Assembly: GCA_963771175.1 (NCBI GenBank)
Contig: CAVYSY010000010.1
Span: 64,001 to 128,000, forward strand
DNA length: 64,000 bases
Source: an uncultured delta proteobacterium
GTDB lineage: Bacteria > Myxococcota > Myxococcia > Myxococcales > Myxococcaceae
Direction: 5' to 3'
Positions 51,477-63,345 of the stretch are shown here, piece after piece. The notes beneath the pieces were generated by a model. It saw only the letters and a program-made list of their open reading frames with translations, was not told the DNA's origin and ran no database searches. Positions within the stretch are counted from its first letter, which is position 1. Each line of letters starts with the position of its first letter. Both the position numbers and the translations under genes were made by a program.

Positions 51477-52389
51477 TCACCTCAGGAACAGCCCCACCGA
51501 GAAGAGCAGCCCGAACACCAGTTGCAGCTTCGCCGTGCCGCCCAGCGCCGGGTTCAGCGCCGCTCCCTGCGCCCCGAGCACCAGCTTCAACGGCGGCACC
51601 GCCACCGGCGCGCTCAGCAGCGCCAGCAGCACCCACGGGCTCGCCAGCCCCAGGCCCCACATCGCCAGCGGCGTCACGTAGGCCGCGGCCAGCAGCAGCA
51701 CGTACTCGGCCTTCCCCGCCGTCGTGCCCAGGCGCACGATCAACGTCCGCTTGCCCGCCTTCACGTCCGTGCGACGCGTCGCGCAGGTTGTTCACCACCA
51801 GCAGCGCCGTGCCAATCGCGCCCACCGGGATCGCCGCCCACCACGCCGCCGGGCCCACCGTCAGCGCCTGCACGTAGAACGTCCCCGGCACCGCCACCAG
51901 CCCGAAGAAGATGAAGACGAACACGTCCCCGAGCCCGTGGTACGCCAGCGGGAAGGGGCCTCCCGTGTACGCGTAGCCGGCCAGCACCGACGCCAGCCCG
52001 ATCGCCACGATGGGCCAGCCGCCCACCACCACCAGGTAGATGCCCGTCGCCACCGCCAGCCCGAAGAAGGTGAGCGCGCTCGCCAGCACCGTGCCCGGGG
52101 CGATCAGTCCGCTCTGCGTCACCCGCTGCGGCCCCAGCCGCTCCTCGGTGTCCGCGCCCTTCTTGAAGTCGTAGTAGTCGTTGGTGAGGTTGGTGCCGAT
52201 CTGGATGAACATCGCGCCCACCAGCGCCGCCAGCGCCGGCAGCCAGCGACCCACGCCCAGCCCGTAGGCGAGCGCCGTCCCCACCATCACCGGCACCAGC
52301 GCCGCCGTCAGCGTCTTCGGCCGGGCGGCCATCAGCCACGTCTTCAAGGTGGGGCGAGGCGCCTCCACCGCGGGAGCAATCGCGTTCAT
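51477..52389 (-). CDS. menA: 1,4-dihydroxy-2-naphthoate prenyltransferase (frameshift near 51770)
   Basis: WLMAARPKTL, NDYYDFKKGADT, YTGGPFPLAY.GLGD, NNLRD, GKRTLIVRLG. Confidence 0.93.
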
Positions 52390-52411
52390 GGGATTCACCG
52401 AGACCCGGGGG

Positions 52412-53272
52412 CTAGTTGTGGCCCCCGGCCGCGCTCTTGTCCGGCGCGGCGTTCTCGAACTCCGGGGCTTCGTACCAGGGCGTCCGCAGGAAGGAGAGCA
52501 CCTCGCGCGCGTACTCCTCCGGCACTTCCAGATGCGGGGCGTGGGTGCAGTCCTCGAACGTGCGGCGCCACACCACCGGCAGCTCCGCCGCCATCCGGCG
52601 GGCGGTCTGCGTGAACTTCTCGTCCAGCGCCCCCGTCAGCAGCAGCGTGGGCAGCCGCTGGCGCTGCAGCTCGGGCCAGTAGTCCGGCTGCACGCCCAGG
52701 CCCAGGCACTCCAGCGCTCCGATCAGGCCCTCCGCGGTGCACGAGCCACGACGGGCCCGCAGGGCCGCCTGCCGCTCGGCGGGCAGCTTGCGCACGCCCG
52801 CGAAGAGAGGCAGCGACTCCCAGTACGCCACGAAGGCCTCCACGCCCTTCTGGCGGATGAACGTCGCCAGCTCCGCGTCCTTCGAGCGCCGCTCCGTCCG
52901 CTCCAGCCGACGGTGCAGCCCCGGCGAGCCGCTCTCCATGATGAGCCGCCCGAAGCGCTCGGGCCGGCGCAGCGCCGCGGCCAGCGCGAACCGCGCCCCC
53001 TGCGAGTACCCCAGCAGGTTCGCCGTGGGCACCTTCAGCTCGTCCAGCACCGCCACCAGCGCGTCCACCGTCTCCAGGAAGCCCTCGCGCCCGGTGCGCG
53101 TGGGCAGCGGCGTCTGGCCATGGCCCGGCAGATCCACCGCGATGGCCCGCACCTGCTCGCCCATCAGCGGGCGCAGGTGCTCGAACGAGGAGCGATTCCC
53201 CGTGAACCCGTGCACGAGCACGAGCGGGCACGAGCCCTCTCCCCACGTCTCGTAGGCCAGCTTCAGAGCCAT
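52412..53272 (-). CDS. menH: SHCHC synthase (alpha/beta hydrolase)
   Basis: VHGFTG, DLPGHG, GYSQG, GALDEKF, HAPHLE; follows menD. Confidence 0.88.
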   Translation of the reverse strand: MALKLAYETWGEGSCPLVLVHGFTGNRSSFEHLRPLMGEQVRAIAVDLPGHGQTPLPTRTGREGFLETVDALVAVLDELKVPTANLLGYSQGARFALAAALRRPERFGRLIMESGSPGLHRRLERTERRSKDAELATFIRQKGVEAFVAYWESLPLFAGVRKLPAERQAALRARRGSCTAEGLIGALECLGLGVQPDYWPELQRQRLPTLLLTGALDEKFTQTARRMAAELPVVWRRTFEDCTHAPHLEVPEEYAREVLSFLRTPWYEAPEFENAAPDKSAAGGHN

Positions 53273-55036
53273 GGGCCTTCTCCCAGTGAAGCGGCCATTC
53301 TCGCGAAGAGCCGCCGGTGCAATTCCACGTTCGTCGTGCGCTCCACCACCTTGGCCTCGATGACGTGCAGACCGCCCTTGAGCCCCTCGGCCACGGCCGT
53401 CCGCAGCGACGCGGGCGAGTCCGGGCGCCGGAAGCGGGCCTGGTAGAGCGCGGCGGCGTGCGAGAGGTCCACGCCGTGCGGCGTCCCCCACAGGGCCTCG
53501 TAGTGCTTCTGGGCCCCCTCGGCCTGCGCGATGGGAAGGAAGGAGAAGATGCCGCCCCCGTCGTTGTTCACCACCACCACCGTCAGGGGCACGCCGCTCC
53601 GGCGCGCAGTGAGCAGCCCGCCCACGTCGTGCAGGAAGGCCAGGTCGCCCGTGAGCAGCACCGTGGGCCGCCCCGAGGCCGCCGCCATCCCGAGCGCGCT
53701 CGACACGATGCCGTCGATGCCGTTGGCCCCCCGGTTGGCCAGCACCCGGAGCCGCCGGCCCGTCGGCGGCGCGAAGGCGTCCACGTCCCGGATGGGCATG
53801 CTGCTGGAGACGAAGAGGTTCGCCCCGTCCGGCAGCGCCCCCACCACCTCGTGGGCGATGCGCATCTCGGTGAGCGACAGGTCCTCCGAGAAAGCCGACT
53901 CCAGCGCCGCCCGGGCCCACTGCTCGGCCCAGAGGAAGCTCCGCGGACCACGGGCCCAGTCCCCGCGAGAGCCCCTGGGTCAGCGCCTCGCAGGCCGCCA
54001 CCGCCGAGCCCTCCACCACCCGCGCCGCGCGGTGAGCCGGATCGAAGAGCGCGCCCTCGTCACTGAAGAGCACCACCTCCGCGCCCGAGCCGTCGATCCA
54101 CGTCTGCGTCCCCTTGGGCGTCAGGCCCCCGCCGAAGCGCAGCACCAGCTCCGGCCGGTGCGCCTTCGCGAAGGGCTCGTGGCGCAGCATCGCGTCATAG
54201 AGGGACACCGTGGCCGGGCCGCCGCCATAGCGCGCCTGCGAGGTGGCCTCGGCCAGCACCGGGTAGCCGGTGGCCTCGGAGAGCGCGGCGATGGCCTCCG
54301 CGAAGCCGTCGTTCTCGTCCCGAGGCCCGCAGACGATGACGCCCCGCTCGGTGGACGCCACCCGGGCGCGAATCTCCTCCAGCGCCCGGGGATCCGGCTG
54401 GCGCGCCGCCGGGGCGATGCGGGTGAGCGGCAGCCCCCGCCGCGCCCGTCACGGGCCAGCGCGGAGAGCTGCTCCGCGGCGAAGGGCTCCGGCGTGGGCG
54501 CGAGCGGCTCGCGGAACGGCACGTTGAGCTGCACCGCGCCCCTCGGCGCGCGCGAGGCCATGGCCACGGCCCGGGCCACGGTGGCCCGCAGGTGCACCAG
54601 CGCCGCGTCGTTCGCCTCCGGCAGGCCCACGTCCGCGTACAGCCGGGCGAAATCTCCGAAGAACCGCGCCTGGGGCACCGTCTGCGGCGCGCCCCACCCC
54701 TGCAGCTCCAGGGGCCGATCCGCGGTGAGCACCACCAGCGGCACCTGCGCCATCGCCGCCTCGATGACCGCCGGGTAGAAGTGCGCCCCGGCCGTGCCGC
54801 TCGTGGCCACCAGCACCACCGGCGCGCGCGAGTGCTTCGCCATCCCCAGCGCGAAGAAGCCGGCGCTGCGCTCGTCGATGATGGACCAGGTGCGCAGCCC
54901 CTCGGTGCTGGGCGCACGCCAGCGCCAGGGGCGAGGAGCGCGAGCCCGGGCACACCACCGCGTGACGCACGCCTCCGCGAACCAGCTCCTCCACCAACGC
55001 CCGCGCCCAGAGCTGATTCAGGTTGGCGTCAGACAT
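53263..55036 (-). CDS. menD: SEPHCHC synthase (frameshifted)
   Basis: CPGSRSSPL, TSGTA, LTADRP, SSMPIRD, NRGANGIDG, GDLAFLHD, NNDGGGIF. Confidence 0.93.
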
Positions 55037-56338
55037 GTCCTCCTCCGAGGGCCCGTAGCATGGCCAGGCTCTTCATCTCCGTCTCGCGCCACTCCGACTC
55101 GGCGCTGGAGCCCGCCACGATACCAGCACCCACGAAGAGTCGCGCCCGCGATCCCTTCACCCGCGCCGAACGCAGCGCCACCATCTGGTGCGCTCGCCCG
55201 GGCCCTACCCAGCCGACCGGCCCCGCGTACCAGCCCCGATCCAGGGCCTCGTGCTCGACGAGGAAGCTCCAGCGCCCGCTCCCGGGGCGCGCCGCCCACC
55301 GCCGGCGTGGGGTGCAGCGCCGCGACCAATTCGGCCACGCCCCACCCCCTCGCGCAGCTCGGCGCGGATGCCGGTGCGCAGGTGCACCACGTTCTTCAGG
55401 GTGAGCAGCGCCGGCTCGGCGTCCGCGTCGATGCGCTCGGCCAGCGGCTTGAGCGCCTTGAGGATGTAGCGCACCACCGACTCGTGCTCGCGGCGGTCCT
55501 TGTCGCTCGCCTCCAGCGTCCCGGCCTGCGCGGGCGACGCGGAGCCGGCGAGCGCCTCCGTCTCCAGCGTGCCGCCCCTCCCACCGGCACAGCGTCTCCG
55601 GCGTGGCGCCCAGGAAGGCCGTCCCGTCCGGCGCCCGGAAGAGGAAGGTGGCGCAGCGCGGGTTCTGCTCGCGCAGCCGGGCCAGCACGTCCACCACATC
55701 GAAGGAGCGCTCGCCCTCCACCTCCACCGCCCGCGCCAGCACCACCTTCTGGAGGCCCCCGGAGGAGATCGTCTCCACCGCGCGCTCCACCCGCCCCTCG
55801 AAGTCCGGCCGCGACGAGGACAGCCGCAGCGCTGGGGCCCGCCGCCGCGGATGGCGGTAGGCCGTCGGGAAGGCCGCCGCGCACCCGCGCCAGCCGCGAG
55901 CGCACCACGTCCTCGGCTCCCGGGCCCTCGGGCGCGAAGGCCGCCGCCGCGCAGGCTCCGCGCCCTCGCGCCACACCACCACCTCCGGCAGCGTCCACCG
56001 ACCGAAGCCGAAGGGCACCCAGCCCGCGTCCCGCACCCGCTCCCGACGAAGCGCATGCCGCCGAACCAGGGACCGGGCAGCGCGACGGGGGCCTCGCCCA
56101 ACCACCGCACCGAGGCCGGCGCGGAGAGCGCCTTGAGCACCGCCTGGGCCTGCGCGGCGCTCCGGGCCTCCACCGCCGCCGCCTCGCCCCACCCCGCCAC
56201 CGCCTCCCGCGCGAGCGGTCGCTCCCAGTAGACGGACGGCTCGCCCAACACCTCCGCCCCCGCGAGCGGATCCACGGCGGCCAGGGCTACCACCCCTGCC
56301 ACCCAGCGATCCCCTTCAGCGGGCACGAGCGTCGTCAT
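55029..56338 (-). CDS. menF: Isochorismate synthase (frameshifted)
   Basis: [60 protein letters not shown]. Confidence 0.9.
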
Positions 56339-56451
56339 CAGCGGTCCTCATCTGGAGGCCCTGCCACCTGCCGAGGCAGCAACCTCTTGTTGTTCTGTAC
56401 GCCAGTTTGGCTATACAAGCATCACGGAGTTCAAAACAACGTGAACTCCAC

Positions 56452-57350
56452 ATGGAACGGGAGACGCCGGTGAGCGGCAAGCCAGATGGAGAGCGTGCCC
56501 CGGGTGACCCGGGGCCCGGGCCGAGGCCCGAGGGGACGCGTGTGCGTGTGGGGCGGGTGGAGATCGGCGGCCCCGGTTTCGTGGTGATGGCCGGCCCCTG
56601 CGCCGTCGAGGGCATGGAGCAGACGGAGCAGACGGCCGCCGCCGTGGCCGCCGCTGGCGCCCACGTCCTCCGCGGTGGGGTATTCAAGCCACGCACCAGC
56701 CCCTACTCCTTCCAGGGGATGGGCGAGCCGGGCCTGCGCGTGCTGGCCGAGGCGGCGCGCAAGGTGGGGCTGCCCATCGTCAGCGAGGTGATGGAGACCT
56801 CGCAGATTCCGCTGATGGAGGAGCACGTGGACATCCTCCAGGTGGGCGCGCGGAACATGCAGAACTTCTCGCTGCTGCGGGCGCTGGGGAAGGTGCGCAA
56901 GCCGGTGCTGCTCAAGCGAGGCCTGGCGGCGACGGTGCAGGAGTGGCTGCTGGCCGCCGAGTACATCCTGGACGGCGGCAACGATCAGGTGCATCCTGTG
57001 CGAGCGAGGCATCCGCACCTTCGAGACGGCCACGCGCAACACGTTGGACCTGTCGGCGGTGGCGCTGGCGAAGCAGCGCACGCACCTGCCGGTCATCGTG
57101 GACCCGTCGCACGCCACGGGCGAGCCGGAGCTCGATTCAGCCCATGGCGCTGGCGGCGGTGGCGGCCGGGGCGGACGGGCTGCTGATCGAGGTCCACCCG
57201 CGACCCGAGCAGGCCCTGTGTGACGGGCAGCAGGCCCTCACGCCGGAGCGCTTCCAACAACTGATGCGGCGTCTGCCGGGTGTGCTGCACGCCGTGGACC
57301 GTCACCTTTGGAGGCCGGAGATGCCGGCCCATGTCGCGGGGGCTCGATGA
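56452..57350 (+). CDS. aroF: 3-deoxy-7-phosphoheptulonate (DAHP) synthase, type I-beta (frameshifted)
   Basis: [48 protein letters not shown]. Confidence 0.92.
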
Positions 57351-58037
57351 GCACCGAAGTTCGTCAGATGTTCTCCTCCATCGCCACGCGCTACGACGTG
57401 ACGAACGAGGTCCTGTCGTTCGGCATCCACCGCCTGTGGCGGCGCGCGGCCGATCCGCTACAGCGGCGCGAAGGAGGGCAACGCCGTCCTCGACTGCGCC
57501 ACCGGCACGGGTGACCTGGCCCTGGCCTTCAAGCGCACGGTGGGCACCTCGGGCCGCGTGATGGGCACCGACTTCTGCAAGGAGATGCTGGACAGCGCTC
57601 CGGCCAAGGCCGCTCGCGAGGGGCTCCAGGTGGAGTTCCAGGTGGCCGACGCCATGGACCTCCCCTTCGCGGACGCCACCTTCGACGTGGCCTCCATCTC
57701 CTTCGGCATCCGCAACGTGGATGACCCGGTGAAGTGCCTCAAGGAGATGGCCCGCGTGGTGAGCCCGGCGGCCGCGTGGTGGTGCTCGAGTTCGGCCAGC
57801 CCACGGGCCTCTTCGGCGGCCTCTTCCGCTTCTACAGCAAGGTGGTCATGCCCGACCATCGGCGGTCTGCTCACCGGCAACCGGGCCGCCTACGAGTACC
57901 TGCCCCGCACGGCCGCCGCCTTCCCGGCCGGGGAGAAGTTCCTCGCACTGATGGACCAAGCCGGCGCCTACAACGAAAGGGTGGCCCACCCGCTGACGTT
58001 CGGGACATCCTACGTCTATGTCGGGACCGTCCGCTGA
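57347..58037 (+). CDS. menG: Demethylmenaquinone methyltransferase UbiE/MenG (frameshifted)
   Basis: MFSSIATRYD.TN..LSFGIHRLW, LDCATGTGD, ISFGIRNV, AYEYLP. Confidence 0.9.
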
Positions 58038-58064
58038 GACAGCGGCACCTGCTCGTCCAGAGAG

Positions 58065-58630
58065 ATGCTCGAGGCCGTCGATCCACGGCTCTCGCCCGGG
58101 CTGAGGGAGGAGCTCGCCCGGCCCGGCCCCCGCTCCCTGCCCGCCGAGGAGCAGACCGTCGTCATCGCCGGCCACCGCTCCGCGGGCAAGACGCGACTGC
58201 TGCCGCTGGTGAGCGCGCTGCTGGGACGGCCGGGGTTGGATCTGGACGCCGAGCTGGAGCGCCGCTCCGGCCGCCCGCTGCGGGAGTGGGTCGCGCGAGG
58301 ACATGACCGGGTTCCGCGCCGCGGAGCGGCGCGCCTGCTCCAGGAGCTGCCTCGCGGGAGCCTGGTGGCCGTGGGCGGCGGCTTCCTCTCGCACCACCCG
58401 GAGGCCCTCGCCGGCCTGCTTCACCCTGCTCGTGCCCGTCACCTTCGAGACCTACCGCGAGCGCCTGCTCGCCGATACCACCCGCCCCCGCCTGCGCCCC
58501 GGCATGTCGCTGGAGGAGGAGCTCGCCTCGGTCTACCACCGAGCGCGAGGTCGCTCCACGCCCGCGTCCCCACCGTGAGCCTCGTCGAGTTCCTCCGCGC
58601 CGTTCGTCGCCTCCTGAGAGCCAGCCATGA
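58065..58630 (+). CDS. aroK: Shikimate kinase (frameshifted; boundaries approximate)
   Basis: GHRSAGKT, DLDAELE, VAVGGG, RPRL; shikimate operon context. Confidence 0.75.
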
Positions 58631-59903
58631 GCCCGGCCCGCCGCGTCGTCACCCTCCCCCCGAGCCTCCGCGGCGCCGACGCCCTGCGCTTCGCCGCCGA
58701 GGCCCGGAGCCGCGGCGCCGACGTGCTGGAGCTGCGCACGGATCTGCACGCCCGCCGAGGCCGTGGACGCCGCGGCGCTCGCGCGGAGTGCTGCCGCTGC
58801 TCGTCTCCGAGCGTGGGACGCCCCTGCCTCCGGCGTGGGTGGCCGCCGCGCGGCGGGTGGATCGGGACGTCGTGCACGCGAGCGAGCTGGCCGCGCCCGC
58901 CGGGAAGCTGCTGGCCTCGCACCACGCCGAGCGGCCGCTGTCCACCGAGGAGGCCCTGCGCCTGTGGGACGTGGCGCTGCCCGGCCGGGCGCGCTGGTGA
59001 AGCACGTGGAGCCGCTGGGCGAGGTGTCCCGGCGCGGATCTGCGGCGCTGCTGGAGACCCAGGAGCGCCTGCGAGCCCGTTTCGGCGCGGAGCGGGTCAC
59101 CGTGCTCGCGATGGGGCCCGTGGCGCTGCCCGTGCGCGCCGTGCTCGCCCGGCGCAACGCGCTCGACTACGTCGCCGCTCGGCGGCGATTGGAAGGCGGC
59201 CCCGGGGCAGCGCCTGCTCGCGGATGCCGTCCGGGAGGTCCGGAGCCCCTCACTCCGTCCCGGAAGGAGCGGCGGCGGCTGGGGATCCTGGGGACCTCGA
59301 TCGCGCACTCGCGCTCGCCTCGCATCCACCGCCAGCCCTTCGACCGCATCGACCTCCCCGAGGACGCGCCGGTCGAGGCGCTCGTGGACGCCCTGCTGCC
59401 GCACTACCGCGGCTTCGCCGTCACCAGCCCCTTCAAGATCCGGCTCGCCCGGCACACCGGCTCGCCGCTCGACGCCATCAACACGCTCGTGCGCCGCGGC
59501 GACCGCTGGGAGTCCTTCAACACCGACATCGGAGGGCGCTCGCACGGTCCTCGAACGGCTGGATGCCCGGGAGGCCTTCGTGCTCGGAGACGGCGGCGCC
59601 ACCGCGGCGCTCCGGGCCGTGGCCGCCGAGGCTCGGCTGCCAGCTGCGCTTCCTGCGTCGCGCCGGACATCTCCGAGCCCCTCGCGCGGGCCTGGCGTCT
59701 GGACCTGGCCCGATCGGATCGACGCCACCCGACGCCCTCCGCTTCGAGGGAGCCCGCGTCGCCGTCATCGCCTACGGTGCCCCGGGCGCGCCGCATCGCC
59801 GCGGAGATCACCCGCCGCGGGGGCACGCCGTTGCTCCTCGGCGCGGCCTGGTTCATCGCCCAGGCCCGCCGGCAGCGCAGCCCTCTGGGAGACCGCGACA
59901 TGA
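58627..59903 (+). CDS. aroE: Type I dehydroquinase-like domain fused to shikimate dehydrogenase (frameshifted)
   Basis: N-terminal GADVLELRTD, LASHH, LVKH, TVLAMG; C-terminal LGTSIAHSRSPRIH, VTSPFK, AINTL, NTD, LGDGGA. Confidence 0.72.
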
Positions 59904-60928
59904 ACACCTTCGGCACGCTCTTCCGCGCTCACCACCTTCGGCGAGAGCCACGGCCCCGCGCTCGGCTCCGTCATCGACGGCTGCCCCGCCGGCGTGCCGC
60001 TCGACGCGCGAGCAGATCCAGGCCGCGCTCGACCGCCGCCGCCCCGGCCAGTCCGCGCTCACCACCGCCGCGCGCCGAGCCCGATCAGGTGGAGATCCTC
60101 TCCGGCGTCTTCGAGGGCAAGACGCTCGGCACGCCCATCGCGGCCATCGTGCGCAACCACGAACCAGCGCTCCCAGGACTACGACGAAGCTCAAGACCGA
60201 GGATCGCCCCGGCCACGCCGACGCCGTCTGGCGCGAGCGCTTCAAGCACCGCGATCACCGCGGCGGCGGGCGCACCAGCGGCCGCGAGACGCTCTGCCGC
60301 GTCATCGGCGGCGCGGTCGCCGAGGCGCTACCTCGCCCAGGCGCTTCCCGCAGCTGAGCACCGTCGCCTGGGTGTCCCAGGTGGGGACCTCGTCGCCGCC
60401 GTGCCCGCGCCGGGCCTCACCCGCGCGCTGGTGGATGCCCACCCCACCCGCTGCCCGGACCCGGTGGCTCGCGAGGAGATGTCCAGGCGCATCCTCGAGG
60501 CCAAGGAGGCCGGGGACAGCCTCGGCGGCTGCATCGACATCCGCGTCGAGGGCCTGCCGGTGGGCCTCGGCGAGCCGGTCTTCGGCAAGCTCAAGGCGCT
60601 GCTCGCACAGGCGCTGGGCAGCGTGGGCGCGGTGACGGGCGTCGTCTGGGGCCCGCCGGATCTGCTCGTCGCGCATCGAGCAGCCCGGCAGCGTCTTCCA
60701 CTCACGGAAGGACACCTACGGCGGCATCCAGGGCGGCCTGACCAACGGCGAGCCCATGGGCGTGCGCGTCTTCTTCAAGCCGCCGGCGACGCTCGCGGAC
60801 CACGCCAAGGGCGGGCGCCACGATCCCTGCATCATGCCCCGCGCCGTCCCGGTGCTCGAGGCGATGGTGTCGCTCGTCCTGGCCGACCTCTTCCTGCAGT
60901 GCTGAACGCCCGGCCCCACTCCGCATGA
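59900..60928 (+). CDS. aroC: Chorismate synthase (frameshifted; 3' end approximate)
   Basis: [46 protein letters not shown]. Confidence 0.9.
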   Translation: MNTFGTLFRAHHLRREPRPRARLRHRRLPRRRAARRASRSRPRSTAAAPASPRSPPPRAEPDQVEILSGVFEGKTLGTPIAAIVRNHEPALPGLRRSSRPRIAPATPTPSGASASSTAITAAAGAPAAARRSAASSAARSPRRYLAQALPAAEHRRLGVPGGDLVAAVPAPGLTRALVDAHPTRCPDPVAREEMSRRILEAKEAGDSLGGCIDIRVEGLPVGLGEPVFGKLKALLAQALGSVGAVTGVVWGPPDLLVAHRAARQRLPLTEGHLRRHPGRPDQRRAHGRARLLQAAGDARGPRQGRAPRSLHHAPRRPGARGDGVARPGRPLPAVLNARPHSA

Positions 60929-61999
60929 GCCAACTTCCTCCCGGCGCCTACCGCCCCGCCAACGATCGGTGGGGCTCCTTCAGACGCCTGTGCGCGAGCC
61001 TCCCCGAGGGCAGCCTCGCCGTCGTGGATCGCCGCGTGGCGCGCCTGCACCCCGCCGTCGCTCACGGCCCTCGAGGCGCGCAAGCCTCGCGCCGTGGTCC
61101 AGCTCACCGGCGGCGAGAGCGCCAAGACCTTCGAGGCGCTCGAGCAGGTGACTGGCCGCGGGCCTCTCGATGCCGCGCTCGGGCACGCTGATCGCCATCG
61201 GCGGCGGCACCATCGGCGACGTGTCCACGGTGGCCGCGCACCTGCTCAAGCGCGGCGTGCGGCTCGTCCAGGTGCCCACCACGCTGCTGGCGGCGGTGGA
61301 CAGCAGCCTGGGCGGCAAGGGCGCGGTGGACATGACCGTGCGCGGGCGCGTGGTGAAGAACCCGGTGGGCGTCTTCCACTACGCCGAGGAGGCCTGGCTC
61401 TGCCCGGAGCTCTTCGCCACGCTCTCGGACACGCAGCTCCGCGAGGGCGCGCTCGAGGCCTGGAAGATGGTGGCCAGCCTCGACGCGGACCTCTTCCACG
61501 CCTACACGCGCCGGGAGCCCGCGCTGCGAGCGGCTGGTGAAGGACGCGCGCCGCCTCAAGGAGTTCGTCTGCGCGAAGGACCCCTACGAGCACCAGGGCC
61601 TGCGGCGGGTGCTCAACTTCGGCCACACCTTCGGCCACGTGCTGGAGAGCCTGTCGAACTTCAAGCTGTCGCACGGCGACGCGGTGGGACTCGGGATGCT
61701 GTGCGCGCTCGACGTGGGCCGCGCCATGGGCGTCACCCCCGAGGACGTGGCGTGGCGGGTCGAGGACGCCCTGCACCAGGGGCCCGGGGTGCTCGGCCGT
61801 GAGCGGACGATGGACCTGCTGAAGCGCGCGAAGCTGAAGGACGTGACGGCCCTGCTGTCCGCGGACAAGAAGGCCGGCAGCTGCGGGAGAGCTGCGCATG
61901 GTGCTGCTCACCGACATAGGCACCGCCGAGGTGCGCGACGTCTCCGCGGACGTGTGGCGCGCGCTGTGGCCGGTCTGGACCCGAGGGGGACGCCCATGA
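60925..61999 (+). CDS. aroB: 3-dehydroquinate synthase (frameshifted)
   Basis: GESAK, AIGGGTIGD, VPTTLLAAVDSSLGGK, KN, LNFGHTFGH, HGDAV, DKK. Confidence 0.9.
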
Positions 62000-63258
62000 C
62001 GAAGCTCCACGTCGACCCGAGCCACCTCACCCCCTCCGTCCTCACGCCGCCCATCTCCAAGTCGGACGCGCAGCGGGCGCTCGTCCTGGCGCACCTCACG
62101 GGAGCGTGGCCCCTGCCCGTCCTCGACGAGGAGCCCGAGGAGTTCCTGGCCGCGGACGTGCGCGTGCTGCGCCGGGGCATCGAGGCGCTGCGCCTGCCCC
62201 CGGGCCCCGTGCGCGACGTGGACTGCGCGGATGGCGGAGCCCCCTTCCGCATCCTCGTCACCCAGTCGGCGGTGACGCCCGGCGCGCACGTGCGCCTCAC
62301 GGGCACGCCCCGGCTGGGCGAGCGCCCCCACGGCCCCCTCTTCGAGTCCCTGCGCGAGGCGCTCGGTCCCTCGGGCCTCATCCTCACCGAGGGCCACCCC
62401 TGGCCGGTGGAGCTCCGCGCCCCGACCACGAGCGGCGAGCCCGTCTTCCGCGTCCCGGGCGCGCAGAGCAGCCAGTACGCCTCGAGCCTGCTGCTGGGCT
62501 GCGCGGCCCTGTACCTGCGCGAGCGCCGCCCGTGGCGCGTGGAGATCATCGGCCCGCTGACGAGCGCGGGCTACCTGGAGCTCACCGTCTCCTGGCTGCG
62601 CCGCTTCGGCTTCACGGTGCGGGAGTCCGAGGGCCGCCTGGAGGTGACGGACTATCGCGCGCCCGACAAGACCCCGGCACTGCCGGGCGACTGGTCCTCC
62701 CTGGGCTACCTGCTGCTCATCGCCTGGCGCACGGGAGGCAGCGTGGAGCGCGCGGACCTCTCCAGCGCCCACCCGGACCAGGCCCTGGTGCGCCTGGTGG
62801 AGCGCGCGGGCCTCTCCACGAGCCCCGGCCCGGACGGCACGCTGCGCATGACGGGCACCGCCCGGGACGGGCTGGTGGCCTCGGGCAAGGAGTGCCCGGA
62901 CCTGCTGCCCACGCTGGCGGCGCTCGCGTGCGTGCTGCCGCGCCCCTCCACGCTCACCGACGTGGGAATCTTGAGACTCAAGGAAAGCGACCGCCTGGAG
63001 GGCATCCTCTCCCTGGTGGACGCCTTCGGCGGTACCGCCCTGCTGGAAGGCGAGACGCTGACAATCCAGCCTCCTACCTCCCATCCGCCCCACTTCTCGA
63101 TGGACAGTCGAGGAGACCACCGCCAGGCCATGGTCGCGGCTACTCTCTCCGTCCTGTCGGGAGTGCCCCTCACCCTGACCGGACCTGAATGCGTGGAGAA
63201 GAGCTTCCCGGGCTTCTGGCGACAATTGGAGCGCACCGGGGTCCGACTGATTACGTAA
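61996..63258 (+). CDS. aroA: EPSP synthase (divergent)
   Basis: PISKSDAQRAL, ERP, SSQYASSLL, GDWSS, PDL, LRLKESDR, DHR, CVEKSFPGFW. Confidence 0.9.
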   Translation: MTKLHVDPSHLTPSVLTPPISKSDAQRALVLAHLTGAWPLPVLDEEPEEFLAADVRVLRRGIEALRLPPGPVRDVDCADGGAPFRILVTQSAVTPGAHVRLTGTPRLGERPHGPLFESLREALGPSGLILTEGHPWPVELRAPTTSGEPVFRVPGAQSSQYASSLLLGCAALYLRERRPWRVEIIGPLTSAGYLELTVSWLRRFGFTVRESEGRLEVTDYRAPDKTPALPGDWSSLGYLLLIAWRTGGSVERADLSSAHPDQALVRLVERAGLSTSPGPDGTLRMTGTARDGLVASGKECPDLLPTLAALACVLPRPSTLTDVGILRLKESDRLEGILSLVDAFGGTALLEGETLTIQPPTSHPPHFSMDSRGDHRQAMVAATLSVLSGVPLTLTGPECVEKSFPGFWRQLERTGVRLIT

Positions 63259-63270
63259 CGAGCGTTGCCC

Positions 63271-63310
63271 GGGGGGTAACGCGGCCCCCCCAGGTGTCGT
63301 TCTTTTTTGT
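63271..63310 (+). terminator. Possible terminator after aroA
   Basis: GGGGGG-taacgcgg-CCCCCC hairpin followed about 10 nt later by TTCTTTTTTGTT. Confidence 0.35.
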
Positions 63311-63345
63311 TGAAAGCACTCTGCCGCCTGTGAAAAGTCCCGCCC

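Noticed and set aside
52412..54361. Apparent MenD-MenH fusion
   Set aside because: Caused by an indel near 53945; the MenD C-terminus ends at 53263 and menH has its own ATG at 53272.
56405..56425. Possible sigma-54 promoter TGGCTATACAAGCA upstream of aroF
   Set aside because: GG-to-GC spacing is 8 nt rather than the required 10.
61537..63258. Apparent AroB-AroA fusion (AROM-like)
   Set aside because: An indel near 61880 causes the read-through; an ATGA overlap at 61996-61999 marks separate genes.
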